Of a DNA stretch of 64,000 nt, positions 10,978 to 18,750 are shown one piece after another. The DNA is from an uncultured Pseudomonadota bacterium. Lineage in GTDB: Bacteria; Pseudomonadota; Alphaproteobacteria; Rs-D84. The position numbers and the translations under genes are program-made. The DNA lies in NCBI GenBank assembly GCA_947307295.1, contig CAMZIQ010000002.1:8447-72446 (forward strand). Reading direction: 5' to 3'. The notes below the pieces were generated by a model that had not been told where the DNA came from, did not search any database, and was given only the letters and a program-made list of their open reading frames with translations. Every line of letters starts with the position of its first letter. Position 1 is the first letter of the stretch.

Positions 10978-11006
10978 ACACCCCACAATAAACGCGGGGT
11001 GTTTTT
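10978..11006. terminator. Bidirectional rho-independent terminator between the asmA-like gene and aspS
   Basis: Hairpin ACACCCC-N11-GGGGTGT flanked by an A-run and a T-run. Confidence 0.8.
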
Positions 11007-11020
11007 ATATTTTTTACATT

Positions 11021-12790
11021 TTAGTTTTTATCACGTATTTTGATATGAACGTCACGCAATTGTTGTTCGCTTACTTCATTTGGAGAGCCCAACAACAAAT
11101 CTTGCCCACGTTGATTTGCTGGGAAAGCAACTGTTTCGCGCAAACTTTCGCCTGTTCCCAAAATTTCAGAAATCAAACGATCAATACCAAACGCAAATCC
11201 GCCATGTGGAGGTGCGCCATATTTGAAAGCGGTATACAAAGCACTAAAATTCTTTTCTACTGCTTCGATTGGATAACCAGCAATATCAAAACATTTCTTC
11301 ATAACATCTGGATTATAATTACGCAAACCACCACTACACATTTCTTCACCATTTATAACCATATCAAATTGAGCAGCTTTGATATCAAACGGATTTTTTG
11401 TTGACAATTCTTCTAATGTTGCCAACGGATACGAAAATGGATTATGAGTAAACGCTGGTGCGCCACCACGTTCTTCATCAGGTTCAAAGAATGGGAAATT
11501 ATCAACCCAGCAAATTGCAAAATCGCGTTCTTTGATTAAACCCAAATCAGCCCCCAATTTATTACGTAATTTACCAGCAGCCTTAGAAGCAGCTTCTACA
11601 TTGTCACAAATAAAGAACAATGAAGAATTATCGCCAGCAATATCGCGCAATTTTGCGATACGTTCTGCATCTAATTTTTTTGCCACAGGACCTTTGGCTT
11701 CTTCGGCAAAAACAATATACCCCAATCCACCAAGACCCAATTCTTTAACTGCATATTCGCCCAATTTATCAAACCAAGAACGTGGTTTATCGGACGAATT
11801 TGGCGCAGGAATCGCACGAACAACAGCACCGTTTTCAATCGCATTTGCAAAAATTCCAAAATCAGAACCACGGAATATTTCTGTCACATCGCTTATTAAA
11901 ATAGGATTACGCAAATCAGGTTTATCAGAACCATATTTTAACATAGCGTCATCAAAAGATATATGTGGAATTTCTGGATAAATATTTGCATCCGGTGCAA
12001 AAGCTTTAATAAATTCAGGAATCACAATTTCACCAACCTTTTGAATTTCTGGCAAATCTACAAAAGACATTTCAACGTCTAATTGATAAAATTCCAACAA
12101 TCTATCTGCACGCAAATCTTCATCACGAAAACAAGGTGCAATTTGGAAATATCTATCAAATCCAGAAACTTGCAACAATTGTTTAAACATTTGTGGTGCC
12201 TGAGGCAACGCATAAAATTTACCATGATTCAAACGTGATGGCACCAAGAAACAGCGCGCACCTTCTGGTGAATCAGCAGTAAGAAGTGGTGTTTGAAATT
12301 CTGAAAATCCCAAATCCCACATTTTATCACGCAACCATTTTACCATTTTATTACGCATTAAAATATTATGATGCAATTTTTCACGACGTAAATCCAAGAA
12401 ACGATATTTATAGCGCAATTCTTCACTTGTATCTTCATCACCAAAAACCTGGAAAGGCAAAACTTCTGAATTAGTCAACACTTCCCATTTTCCAGATTGA
12501 ATTTCAATACGACCAGTCGGGATTTTATCATTAATCGCTTCTTTATCACGTGCTGCAACTTTGCCAGTAATTCTGATAACAGATTCAGGACGAATTTTTT
12601 CCAAATCCTCATCACCACCATCAAATACACATTGTGTTATCCCATAATTATCACGCAAATCTACGAAAAGTAATGAACCATGGTCACGTTTACGATGAAC
12701 CCAGCCTGATAAAGTGACTGTTTCACCAACATTTTTTTCATTCAATTCACCGCAAGTATGCGTGCGGTATTTAGATTTCAAAGACAACAT
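11021..12790 (-). CDS. aspS: Aspartyl-tRNA synthetase
   Basis: Class II motifs FRDEDLRADRLLEFYQLDVEMSF and PPHGGFAFGIDRL. ATG 12790 (MLSLKSKYRTHTCGEL) has an AAGGG RBS. The track ORF extends to a GTG at 12847. Confidence 0.95.
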   Translation of the reverse strand: MLSLKSKYRTHTCGELNEKNVGETVTLSGWVHRKRDHGSLLFVDLRDNYGITQCVFDGGDEDLEKIRPESVIRITGKVAARDKEAINDKIPTGRIEIQSGKWEVLTNSEVLPFQVFGDEDTSEELRYKYRFLDLRREKLHHNILMRNKMVKWLRDKMWDLGFSEFQTPLLTADSPEGARCFLVPSRLNHGKFYALPQAPQMFKQLLQVSGFDRYFQIAPCFRDEDLRADRLLEFYQLDVEMSFVDLPEIQKVGEIVIPEFIKAFAPDANIYPEIPHISFDDAMLKYGSDKPDLRNPILISDVTEIFRGSDFGIFANAIENGAVVRAIPAPNSSDKPRSWFDKLGEYAVKELGLGGLGYIVFAEEAKGPVAKKLDAERIAKLRDIAGDNSSLFFICDNVEAASKAAGKLRNKLGADLGLIKERDFAICWVDNFPFFEPDEERGGAPAFTHNPFSYPLATLEELSTKNPFDIKAAQFDMVINGEEMCSGGLRNYNPDVMKKCFDIAGYPIEAVEKNFSALYTAFKYGAPPHGGFAFGIDRLISEILGTGESLRETVAFPANQRGQDLLLGSPNEVSEQQLRDVHIKIRDKN

Positions 12791-13034
12791 TTTTACACCC
12801 TTTTGTTTGTCCCACAAAGCTTTAGCGACGTGGGATTTCGGTGCCACAAAGATATCTGGTATTTCGGCACCAATTCAAATCTTAAACCTCAGGGGCGCTA
12901 AGATTTTTTCGCGCGGTGCCACCCTGATTTTTTACTTTTTAGATTTGTATAACACTCCCCGGTTGTTAATCGTATCAACACATTATACAAAACCCATATC
13001 TTGTGCATAATATTATAACTAAAAAATCAAATTT

Positions 13035-13553
13035 TCAACAAAATATATCATTTTTTAATCTGGCGTTTTTTAACAAATTAAATAAAGTCCACGCCATCAT
13101 CAATGTATCTGTCACAGCTGCTATATACGCGCCAATAAACAAATCATGCACCAGCCATAATCCCATACATATAATTAAAATAAATCTTATTTTTTGTATA
13201 TCACGTGTCATATACAAACACACAGTATAAACCAGCGCAGACATAACAGGCAAAATTCCGATTATACCGCGCGTATTAGCAATCAGCCCAAAAACAATAA
13301 ATGCGATTAATAATAAAATTGTAATTTTTTTCGTAAGTTTATTTTTCCAAGCTAAAATATTCCTGATAAAATCAATCGTATTAGTCGTCACAGCTGAATA
13401 GGAATACAACGCAAAAGAAGACAAAATACAAAAAACAACTTCAAAAACTTGCCACAATAATAAATCTTGTGTCTTTTTTCTAAAAACAGATACAGCGAAA
13501 CAAATCGCTGCTATGAAAGAAAATATATTTCCAAGAATAAAATAATAGTGCAT
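13035..13553 (-). CDS. Small multi-pass inner-membrane protein (YgjV-like?)
   Basis: About 172 aa from MHYYFILGN with 5-6 hydrophobic helices. This start lies downstream of the terminator at 13623-13645. The family assignment is tentative. Confidence 0.45.
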   Translation of the reverse strand: MHYYFILGNIFSFIAAICFAVSVFRKKTQDLLLWQVFEVVFCILSSFALYSYSAVTTNTIDFIRNILAWKNKLTKKITILLLIAFIVFGLIANTRGIIGILPVMSALVYTVCLYMTRDIQKIRFILIICMGLWLVHDLFIGAYIAAVTDTLMMAWTLFNLLKNARLKNDIFC

Positions 13554-13622
13554 GATAAAATTAACTTTGTAATCTCTGTATAAGAAACATATCACAATCT
13601 TGATACAAAATCTATAAAAACA

Positions 13623-13645
13623 AAAACCGGACAAATTGTCCGGTT
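13623..13645 (-). terminator. Rho-independent terminator after the 13657-14031 gene
   Basis: Minus strand reads AAACCGGACAATTTGTCCGGTTT followed by a T-run. Confidence 0.75.
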
Positions 13646-13656
13646 TCAAAGTTAAT

Positions 13657-14031
13657 TTATTTATTCTTCATATACCGCTTAATGTATATTTTTGCATGCT
13701 CTTGTTGTATTTTTGCAACTATGGTATTTTCATAAGAAACTTTTCCAGTTAAACTGTCACCTGTTTTCCCAATTTTTTCTTTTAAACCGACACGTTCCAA
13801 ATGTTTTTTCAACCCGGTTTCTTTAATCGCTAATACATCACATACTCGTTTTCTTTCTTCGCGAAATTTACTTTTTTGACGTAATTCAACATCAACATAT
13901 TCAAATTCACCACTAGTTTCGCAATATTCTCTTAACGGGGCATTTAAATCAAATTCACCACGCTTATTGATACGTGTTTGTATTTTTTTAGACGAATTCT
14001 GTTCTGTTTCGGTATAATTAGACATTAACAT
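13657..14031 (-). CDS. Hypothetical basic protein (124 aa)
   Basis: Clean ORF with its own terminator. No motif recognised. Confidence 0.5.
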   Translation of the reverse strand: MLMSNYTETEQNSSKKIQTRINKRGEFDLNAPLREYCETSGEFEYVDVELRQKSKFREERKRVCDVLAIKETGLKKHLERVGLKEKIGKTGDSLTGKVSYENTIVAKIQQEHAKIYIKRYMKNK

Positions 14032-14038
14032 CTCTCTA

Positions 14039-14728
14039 TTACCCTATACGTTCACAATTTTGTTGTATACGATTAAATCTGCGGGCTTCAGAACAGGCTT
14101 TGTTAATTTCCCGTTCTTGTGCAGAACTTATACGTGGAGAAATCAATTCACATTTTTCAATATGTGCTTCCTTGATAGTATCTACCAATGGGCGCACCAT
14201 TTCAACCGTGACACCAGACAAACGAATCTTTGATGAAGACAGTTCTTTAAATGCTTGTGCAATCGCAGGCATATCTTTATCACTTTTGATAACAATCGGA
14301 TAATCAGATACTATTTTGTATTTCAACATATCGCCTTTTGCAGAACGTATAGAACTAATCGTTTTTGGCGCGATTTTGGTCCCACTTCCAGCAGATTCAC
14401 CATTTTGGACCCTTAAAATTCTTGAAACCGCAGGATCTTTTAACAAATTACCTTGGTGATTAATTACTTCGCGCCCCAAATCATAATAAAAATCTCTAAC
14501 TAAATCTATAACTACGAATTTGCCGATGTTAACACCTTCTGTTAAACCGAATTTTTTATGAGATTCTTCCAATAACTTTGAATTAAAAATAGAATTATGA
14601 CGTTTTTTATTGTTTAAAATATAATACTGCGCTGCAAGACATGCAGAATTTAATTTATCAACATTAACATTCCGATTAAGCTCTTTGCAAGCTTCAATAC
14701 GATATTCAAAAATATCCCAAATTTTCAT
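14039..14728 (-). CDS. Hypothetical protein (229 aa)
   Basis: Clean ORF, 7 nt upstream of the next gene in the same orientation. No motif recognised. Confidence 0.55.
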   Translation of the reverse strand: MKIWDIFEYRIEACKELNRNVNVDKLNSACLAAQYYILNNKKRHNSIFNSKLLEESHKKFGLTEGVNIGKFVVIDLVRDFYYDLGREVINHQGNLLKDPAVSRILRVQNGESAGSGTKIAPKTISSIRSAKGDMLKYKIVSDYPIVIKSDKDMPAIAQAFKELSSSKIRLSGVTVEMVRPLVDTIKEAHIEKCELISPRISSAQEREINKACSEARRFNRIQQNCERIG

Positions 14729-14860
14729 TTATAGCTCCTTGATTTCATTTTTTCGGATAAAATATAACACATATTTTTCTTTTGTCAAGATTTAAAAACA
14801 AAAAATATTAAACACAAATGAAGTGAAATAAAAACAAACGCGAAGTAGATGTAAAATTTC

Positions 14861-14934
14861 TGGTGCCCTAAGCAAGAATCGGACTTGCGACTCGTCCTTA
14901 CCAAGGACGTGTTTTACCACTAGACTATTAGGGC
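14861..14934 (-). tRNA. tRNA-Thr (anticodon GGU)
   Basis: The reverse complement folds as a cloverleaf: acceptor GCCCTAA/TTAGGGC, anticodon arm CGTCC-TTGGTAA-GGACG, T arm GCAAG-TCCGATT-CTTGC, encoded CCA. The D stem has one mismatch. Confidence 0.85.
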
Positions 14935-14981
14935 AATCGCCAGGTATTATAGCGATACACACATAAAAATCAACAAATTAA

Positions 14982-15812
14982 TTAACGTTGATATTCTGCT
15001 ATACACCGTTTTAATCCATCTTGCCAGTTTGGCACATTTACACCAAAAACATCCATAGTTTTGGTTTTATCTAATACGCTATACTTTGGACGTTTTGCGC
15101 GCGTTGGATAATCTTTTGTTAAGATTGGTTTAACTTCGCATTGTAAATCAGAAACTTTTATAATTTCACGTGCAAAATCATACCAAGAACATTCGCCATC
15201 ATTTGAATAATGATAAATACCGCGATTTTCAGAATTTATTTGTGGAAGAATTTCAACAACAGCATTTGCTAAATCCGCCGCATAAGTTGGAGTTCCGCAT
15301 TGATCCGATACAACATTTATAGATTTTCTTTCTGTACCCAAACGCCGTATAGTATTCACAAAATTTTTTCCATGAGCAGAATAAAGCCACGAAGTCCGCA
15401 ATATCACATAATCTTTAGCATACATAGATACAATTCTTTCACCCAAACATTTTGTCCAGCCATACACAGATTGCGGATTTGTTTTGTCATCAAATTTATA
15501 AGGCTTTTTTGCGCGACCATCAAAAACATAATCAGTAGAAATATGAACCAATTTACAACCAGTTTTTGCCAAAGTTTTAGGTGCCCATGCATTAATGCTA
15601 TTAGCATTTTGAAAATCGTCTTCTGCCGCATCAACCGCCGTATACGCCGCACAATTAATAATAGTATCAATTTTATTTCTTTTCACAAAATCATAGACCG
15701 AGCGGGCATTAGTAATATCCAAATCATCATGCCCAGCCATAATTGCATTTGGCATAATTTTACCAAGTTCTATTCCCAACTGTCCGTTTGCACCAGTAAT
15801 TAAAACATTCAT
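14982..15812 (-). CDS. rfbD: dTDP-4-dehydrorhamnose reductase
   Basis: Rossmann motif ITGANGQLG, plus STDYVFDG and YGWTK (YxxxK). Length 276 aa. Confidence 0.85.
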   Translation of the reverse strand: MNVLITGANGQLGIELGKIMPNAIMAGHDDLDITNARSVYDFVKRNKIDTIINCAAYTAVDAAEDDFQNANSINAWAPKTLAKTGCKLVHISTDYVFDGRAKKPYKFDDKTNPQSVYGWTKCLGERIVSMYAKDYVILRTSWLYSAHGKNFVNTIRRLGTERKSINVVSDQCGTPTYAADLANAVVEILPQINSENRGIYHYSNDGECSWYDFAREIIKVSDLQCEVKPILTKDYPTRAKRPKYSVLDKTKTMDVFGVNVPNWQDGLKRCIAEYQR

Positions 15813-15950
15813 TTTTCATCCCTTGTTTTTCACATTGGGATGTATTACAGCACACTTTATATGAAAAATCAAATTTTTTTCCACCTTTTTAATGTTGGAA
15901 ACATATTTTCACAATAACGGCGCATTTGCTTGTTCTCGCCAACTATCGTG

Positions 15951-15977
15951 TCGGACCCTAGACCAAAGGATTATGAT
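15951..15977 (-). repeat. Partial copy of tRNA-Met, from the anticodon loop to the 5' half of the T-loop
   Basis: 25 of 27 nt are identical to 17418-17444 of the intact tRNA-Met gene, in the same orientation. Identity starts in the anticodon loop and stops in the T-loop (TCCGA). Confidence 0.8.
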
Positions 15978-16160
15978 GTATCGGACACCAAAACCGCATA
16001 ACCACGTTTTCTGCCGTATGCGTTTATAACGCAAACGATTTATATCTCACGATATCCAACCTTTCTGTTTTTGAGCTGTCCGCTGTTCTAGCACCATTAA
16101 AACTTGCATTATATAGTAAATAAATATAAAATATATCTCAGCGGTGCTAGGAGAACACAG

Positions 16161-17006
16161 ATGATAAATATAACGGAACCACAAAAACGATTATGCGATA
16201 TTGAAAATATATTTTTAACTGGTAATACCGAAATTGAAACAAAAGCCGATTTAGCAAAAATAGTAGAAGAACCTTGCTTAGCGGTTTGTGAAAATTTATA
16301 TAATAAAAACATTTTAACTTATTGGAGTTCTGCTAATAAATATGCACCCAATAGAGCATATGTATTGATTAGGTATGAAAGCCTTGATGATATCAATAAA
16401 AAAATAGCAAATGATTTGATTAAACAAGGAATTTTAAGCGATACTAAATACATATTCGATTCCTATAATAAAGCTGATGAATACGGCAAGGGTTTATATC
16501 TTGGAATTGATACAAATCCTGATATGTTTGTCAGCGACATATCTAAAAAATTATGTCAAATAGCAGATAACTTTGTACTACAAGACATAAAATATAACGT
16601 ATACACTCCTGAATATTTATTGTCTAAAGACCCTTTTACCCGAACTAAAAAAGTTTTTGCTTTCCCAGATCTTAAAACAACAATTTATGGTAAACAACAT
16701 ATAAAAGAGTCTGACAAAGAAAAAATTTATGACTATATAGAAATTATGATACACAGTAAACAAGATCTTGGTTTAACATCAGAAGATATGCGTACTATTG
16801 CAGAAAAAATTGGTTGGCTATACAATGAAGAAAACGGATTTTTATATAAAGACAATGAAACACTACGTCGACACAATGAATACATACAAAATGCTTGTGC
16901 AAATAAAATTGAAATTATAAAACAAGGGTCTAACAAAGTCATATCATTATTTGAAAAAAATACACCTGTAAATAATGTACAGAAAACATGTTCCAGACAA
17001 AGTTAA
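16161..17006 (+). CDS. Hypothetical protein (281 aa) inside the tRNA-Met-associated islet
   Basis: ATG preceded by an AGGAG RBS. No motif recognised. The track ORF starts at TTG 16104. Confidence 0.55.
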   Translation: MINITEPQKRLCDIENIFLTGNTEIETKADLAKIVEEPCLAVCENLYNKNILTYWSSANKYAPNRAYVLIRYESLDDINKKIANDLIKQGILSDTKYIFDSYNKADEYGKGLYLGIDTNPDMFVSDISKKLCQIADNFVLQDIKYNVYTPEYLLSKDPFTRTKKVFAFPDLKTTIYGKQHIKESDKEKIYDYIEIMIHSKQDLGLTSEDMRTIAEKIGWLYNEENGFLYKDNETLRRHNEYIQNACANKIEIIKQGSNKVISLFEKNTPVNNVQKTCSRQS

Positions 17007-17120
17007 TTTGTTTTACTAACTATTAAAATTCATGTAAACACCTGTGTATCCGTTGTGTAGAAAATTTGAAAGAATTTGATATTTCTGTCCATTTTTTAGA
17101 TTTTTTATTTCGTGACTATA

Positions 17121-17228
17121 TGGCGAAGGGATTGTTTCGCTTCGCTTCACTCCCTTGCAAAATCCACCTTCGTTAAAACTTCGGTGGACCGGCGCTGTTC
17201 CGCCTTTTTGCTGTGGGTCGGACCCCTG
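17121..17228 (-). repeat. tRNA-Met 3'-end pseudo-copy with its T-loop interrupted by an approximately 85-nt G+C-rich insert
   Basis: Minus strand reads CAGGGGTCCGA, then the insert, then AATCCCTTCGCCA. The flanks are 11/11 and 12/12 identical to the T arm and acceptor 3' strand of tRNA-Met. Confidence 0.7.
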
Positions 17229-17241
17229 TGCCGGTGTCCAA

Positions 17242-17334
17242 CGCGGCGAAGGATTCGCTCGGCATAAATGCCTACGCGGCAACCGTGACGATTTTGGTAC
17301 GTTTCACTTCCAAAATCTACTTGTTGTCGGACCC
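17242..17334 (-). repeat. Second T-loop-interrupted tRNA-Met 3'-end pseudo-copy, with an approximately 70-nt insert
   Basis: Minus strand reads GGGTCCGA, then the insert, then CGAATCC-TTCGCCGC. The right flank is 15/16 identical to the tRNA. This unit is more diverged than 17121-17228. Confidence 0.55.
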
Positions 17335-17360
17335 GGGGTCCTCATCCGTCGTCACTAAAC

Positions 17361-17388
17361 CAAAATAAAAAACGACCACAATGGTCGT
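17361..17388 (-). terminator. Rho-independent terminator after tRNA-Met
   Basis: Hairpin ACGACCA-N3-TGGTCGT followed on the minus strand by TTTTTTATTTT. A weaker T-run is also present on the plus strand. Confidence 0.75.
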
Positions 17389-17397
17389 TTGTTATTT

Positions 17398-17472
17398 TGG
17401 TAGCGGCGAAGGGATTCGGACCCCTGACCAAAGGATTATGATTCCTCTGCTCTACCACTGAGCTACGCCGCC
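17398..17472 (-). tRNA. tRNA-Met (anticodon CAU; elongator-type, could also be a lysidine-modified tRNA-Ile2)
   Basis: Cloverleaf: acceptor GGCGGCG/CGCCGCT, D arm GCTC-AGTGGTA-GAGC, anticodon arm GAGGA-ATCATAA-TCCTT, T arm AGGGG-TCCGAAT-CCCTT, encoded CCA. Positions 1:72 are paired, so it is not an initiator. Confidence 0.85.
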
Positions 17473-17629
17473 AGACTAGGCAACATTATACAGTAAGTTT
17501 TAAGAAATGCAAGAAAAACAATAAAATACCAATATAATAAATAATTTCTCGGGCTTACGCCCAGGGTATCATGCTGGAATAATAAAAAATTCCGGGATAC
17601 TTTCCCGGAATTTTATTTACAAATCAATC

Positions 17630-18040
17630 TTAACCATTTTGTTTAAGCAAAGAATCAATATAATTCACCACTTCCATTTTTACTTTTTCTTTTTGTTTTT
17701 TCTCATCAGCTTCCTTCGCTTTGGCTACTTTTTTAATTCCTGCAGCTTTTTCATGTTGATCTTGATTGTATCTTTTTATAAATGCTTCTTCTATCTGTGC
17801 AAATGCCGATTTTGGATTAAGCGCGTTCTTTTTATCTTCAACATACTGTATCGCATAAAAGTTTTCTGGGCTAGCAATTCGAATAAAGTGCTTATCACGC
17901 CATAAAGCGACGACACTTCTGTTGTCATAAACGAGACCAAAAACCGTACCTTCTTCGTCTGCTTCTACTTCACATTTCGGATTCATTATCAACAGTTTAA
18001 TCTTACCAACCAACATTGGATTTAATTTATCAATCTTCAT
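17630..18040 (-). CDS. Hypothetical protein (136 aa, Lys/Glu-rich C-terminus)
   Basis: Clean ORF. No motif recognised. Confidence 0.5.
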   Translation of the reverse strand: MKIDKLNPMLVGKIKLLIMNPKCEVEADEEGTVFGLVYDNRSVVALWRDKHFIRIASPENFYAIQYVEDKKNALNPKSAFAQIEEAFIKRYNQDQHEKAAGIKKVAKAKEADEKKQKEKVKMEVVNYIDSLLKQNG

Positions 18041-18170
18041 AAAAAATCTCCTTTTTTGTCTCTATACACCAGAAATTCTAGCAAAAAAAAAAAATTGTCA
18101 AGACAAAAGCAGAAATCTCGACAATTTTTAACATTTGTTTTATCATGATTTTTGTGATAAAATATATGCC

Positions 18171-18746
18171 ATGAGAAAAAATTACCTGTTTTTAATATGT
18201 CTGTTATTTCCTGTATCAGCAATGGCTGATGCTTGCATTTTACCCGAAGAAAATCCTTTTATGGGTCCATATCAAAATCAATTTGCTTTCGGATTTGGTC
18301 AGGGTTTTGATACAGGTATTTTATTACCACCACCGGTTCGCCCTGTTCCGTTTTATATCGGAACGATACAATATTCTCAACCTACGACTTTCTTTCGTGT
18401 TCCTGCGCGCCGTTCGGTCAATATATCTGAAACATTGGGGTTGCATGAAAAATACGGCTGGCAATGGCAAGATTACACAATACCAATGATTTATTTTACA
18501 GAAGATATTGCTCTTTTCAGATATGACCGTGTATACGCAGGTTTGGGCGCAGGTGCTGGATTACAGGCTAAACAAAATGCACGTATTGGTTCAAAACTGC
18601 TTTTTGAATTCAAATTAACATTTGGATATAACCTTAACGAAAAATGGGCGGCAGAATTTTTCATACAACACTTTTCAAATGCTAACACAGCAGACGAAAA
18701 CAATTCTTATGCTTTTTATGGATTGGGTATGACTTATAATTATTAA
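18171..18746 (+). CDS. Outer-membrane acyloxyacyl hydrolase / lipid A 3-O-deacylase (PagL-like)
   Basis: Signal peptide MRKNYLFLICLLFPVSAMA, beta-barrel-like sequence, and C-terminal HFSNANTADENNSYAFYGLGMTYNY with an H-x-S-N motif and terminal aromatic residue. Confidence 0.5.
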   Translation: MRKNYLFLICLLFPVSAMADACILPEENPFMGPYQNQFAFGFGQGFDTGILLPPPVRPVPFYIGTIQYSQPTTFFRVPARRSVNISETLGLHEKYGWQWQDYTIPMIYFTEDIALFRYDRVYAGLGAGAGLQAKQNARIGSKLLFEFKLTFGYNLNEKWAAEFFIQHFSNANTADENNSYAFYGLGMTYNY

Positions 18747-18750
18747 AAAA

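Noticed and set aside
12791-12847. The N-terminal extension of aspS to the GTG at 12847, as drawn in the ORF track.
   Set aside because: The conserved AspS N-terminus begins at ATG 12790, which has its own RBS. The extension covers the structured leader.
12714-13230. ORFs 12714-13010 and 13003-13230 on the plus strand.
   Set aside because: They span the aspS 5' end and leader and the 3' part of the membrane-protein gene on the opposite strand. They have no RBS and no motif.
14811-14860. Purine-rich words next to tRNA-Thr (AATGAAGTGAAATAAA and GAAGTAGAT) that resemble pieces of the T-loop inserts.
   Set aside because: The matches are short (8-9 nt), in swapped order, in the opposite orientation relative to the tRNA, and not flanked by split tRNA-Thr sequence. 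They are compatible with chance in AT/purine-rich DNA.
15300-15803. A 167-aa ORF antisense to rfbD. The same applies to other long antisense or shadow ORFs: 315-554, 1817-2029, 2640-2936, 4912-5238, 10949-11404, 11532-11981, 30341-30721, 35790-36170, 47166-47495, 49585-49935, 51425-51745, 61354-61710 and 62924-63223.
   Set aside because: Each lies entirely within, and antisense to or out of frame with, a gene that has strong family motifs. Their low-complexity composition is typical of shadow frames in AT-rich DNA.
17016-17358. Two overlapping G+C-rich ORFs from the track: 17016-17282 (minus strand) and 17155-17358 (plus strand).
   Set aside because: They lie on top of the tRNA-Met-derived fragments and hairpin inserts. 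Their Pro/Arg/Gly-rich products are a by-product of the G+C-rich structured DNA. Neither has an RBS.
17100-17397. The possibility that the G+C-rich block next to tRNA-Met is tmRNA (including the permuted two-piece alphaproteobacterial form), SRP RNA, RNase P RNA or 6S RNA.
   Set aside because: I found no GGGGCTG / ...CCACCA acceptor pair. I found no tag reading frame ending in hydrophobic Ala-Ala plus stop. The SRP GGAAG/AGCA motifs and the RNase P GAGGAAAGTCC box are absent. The segments are instead explained by direct matches to the adjacent tRNA. An Rfam scan is still needed.
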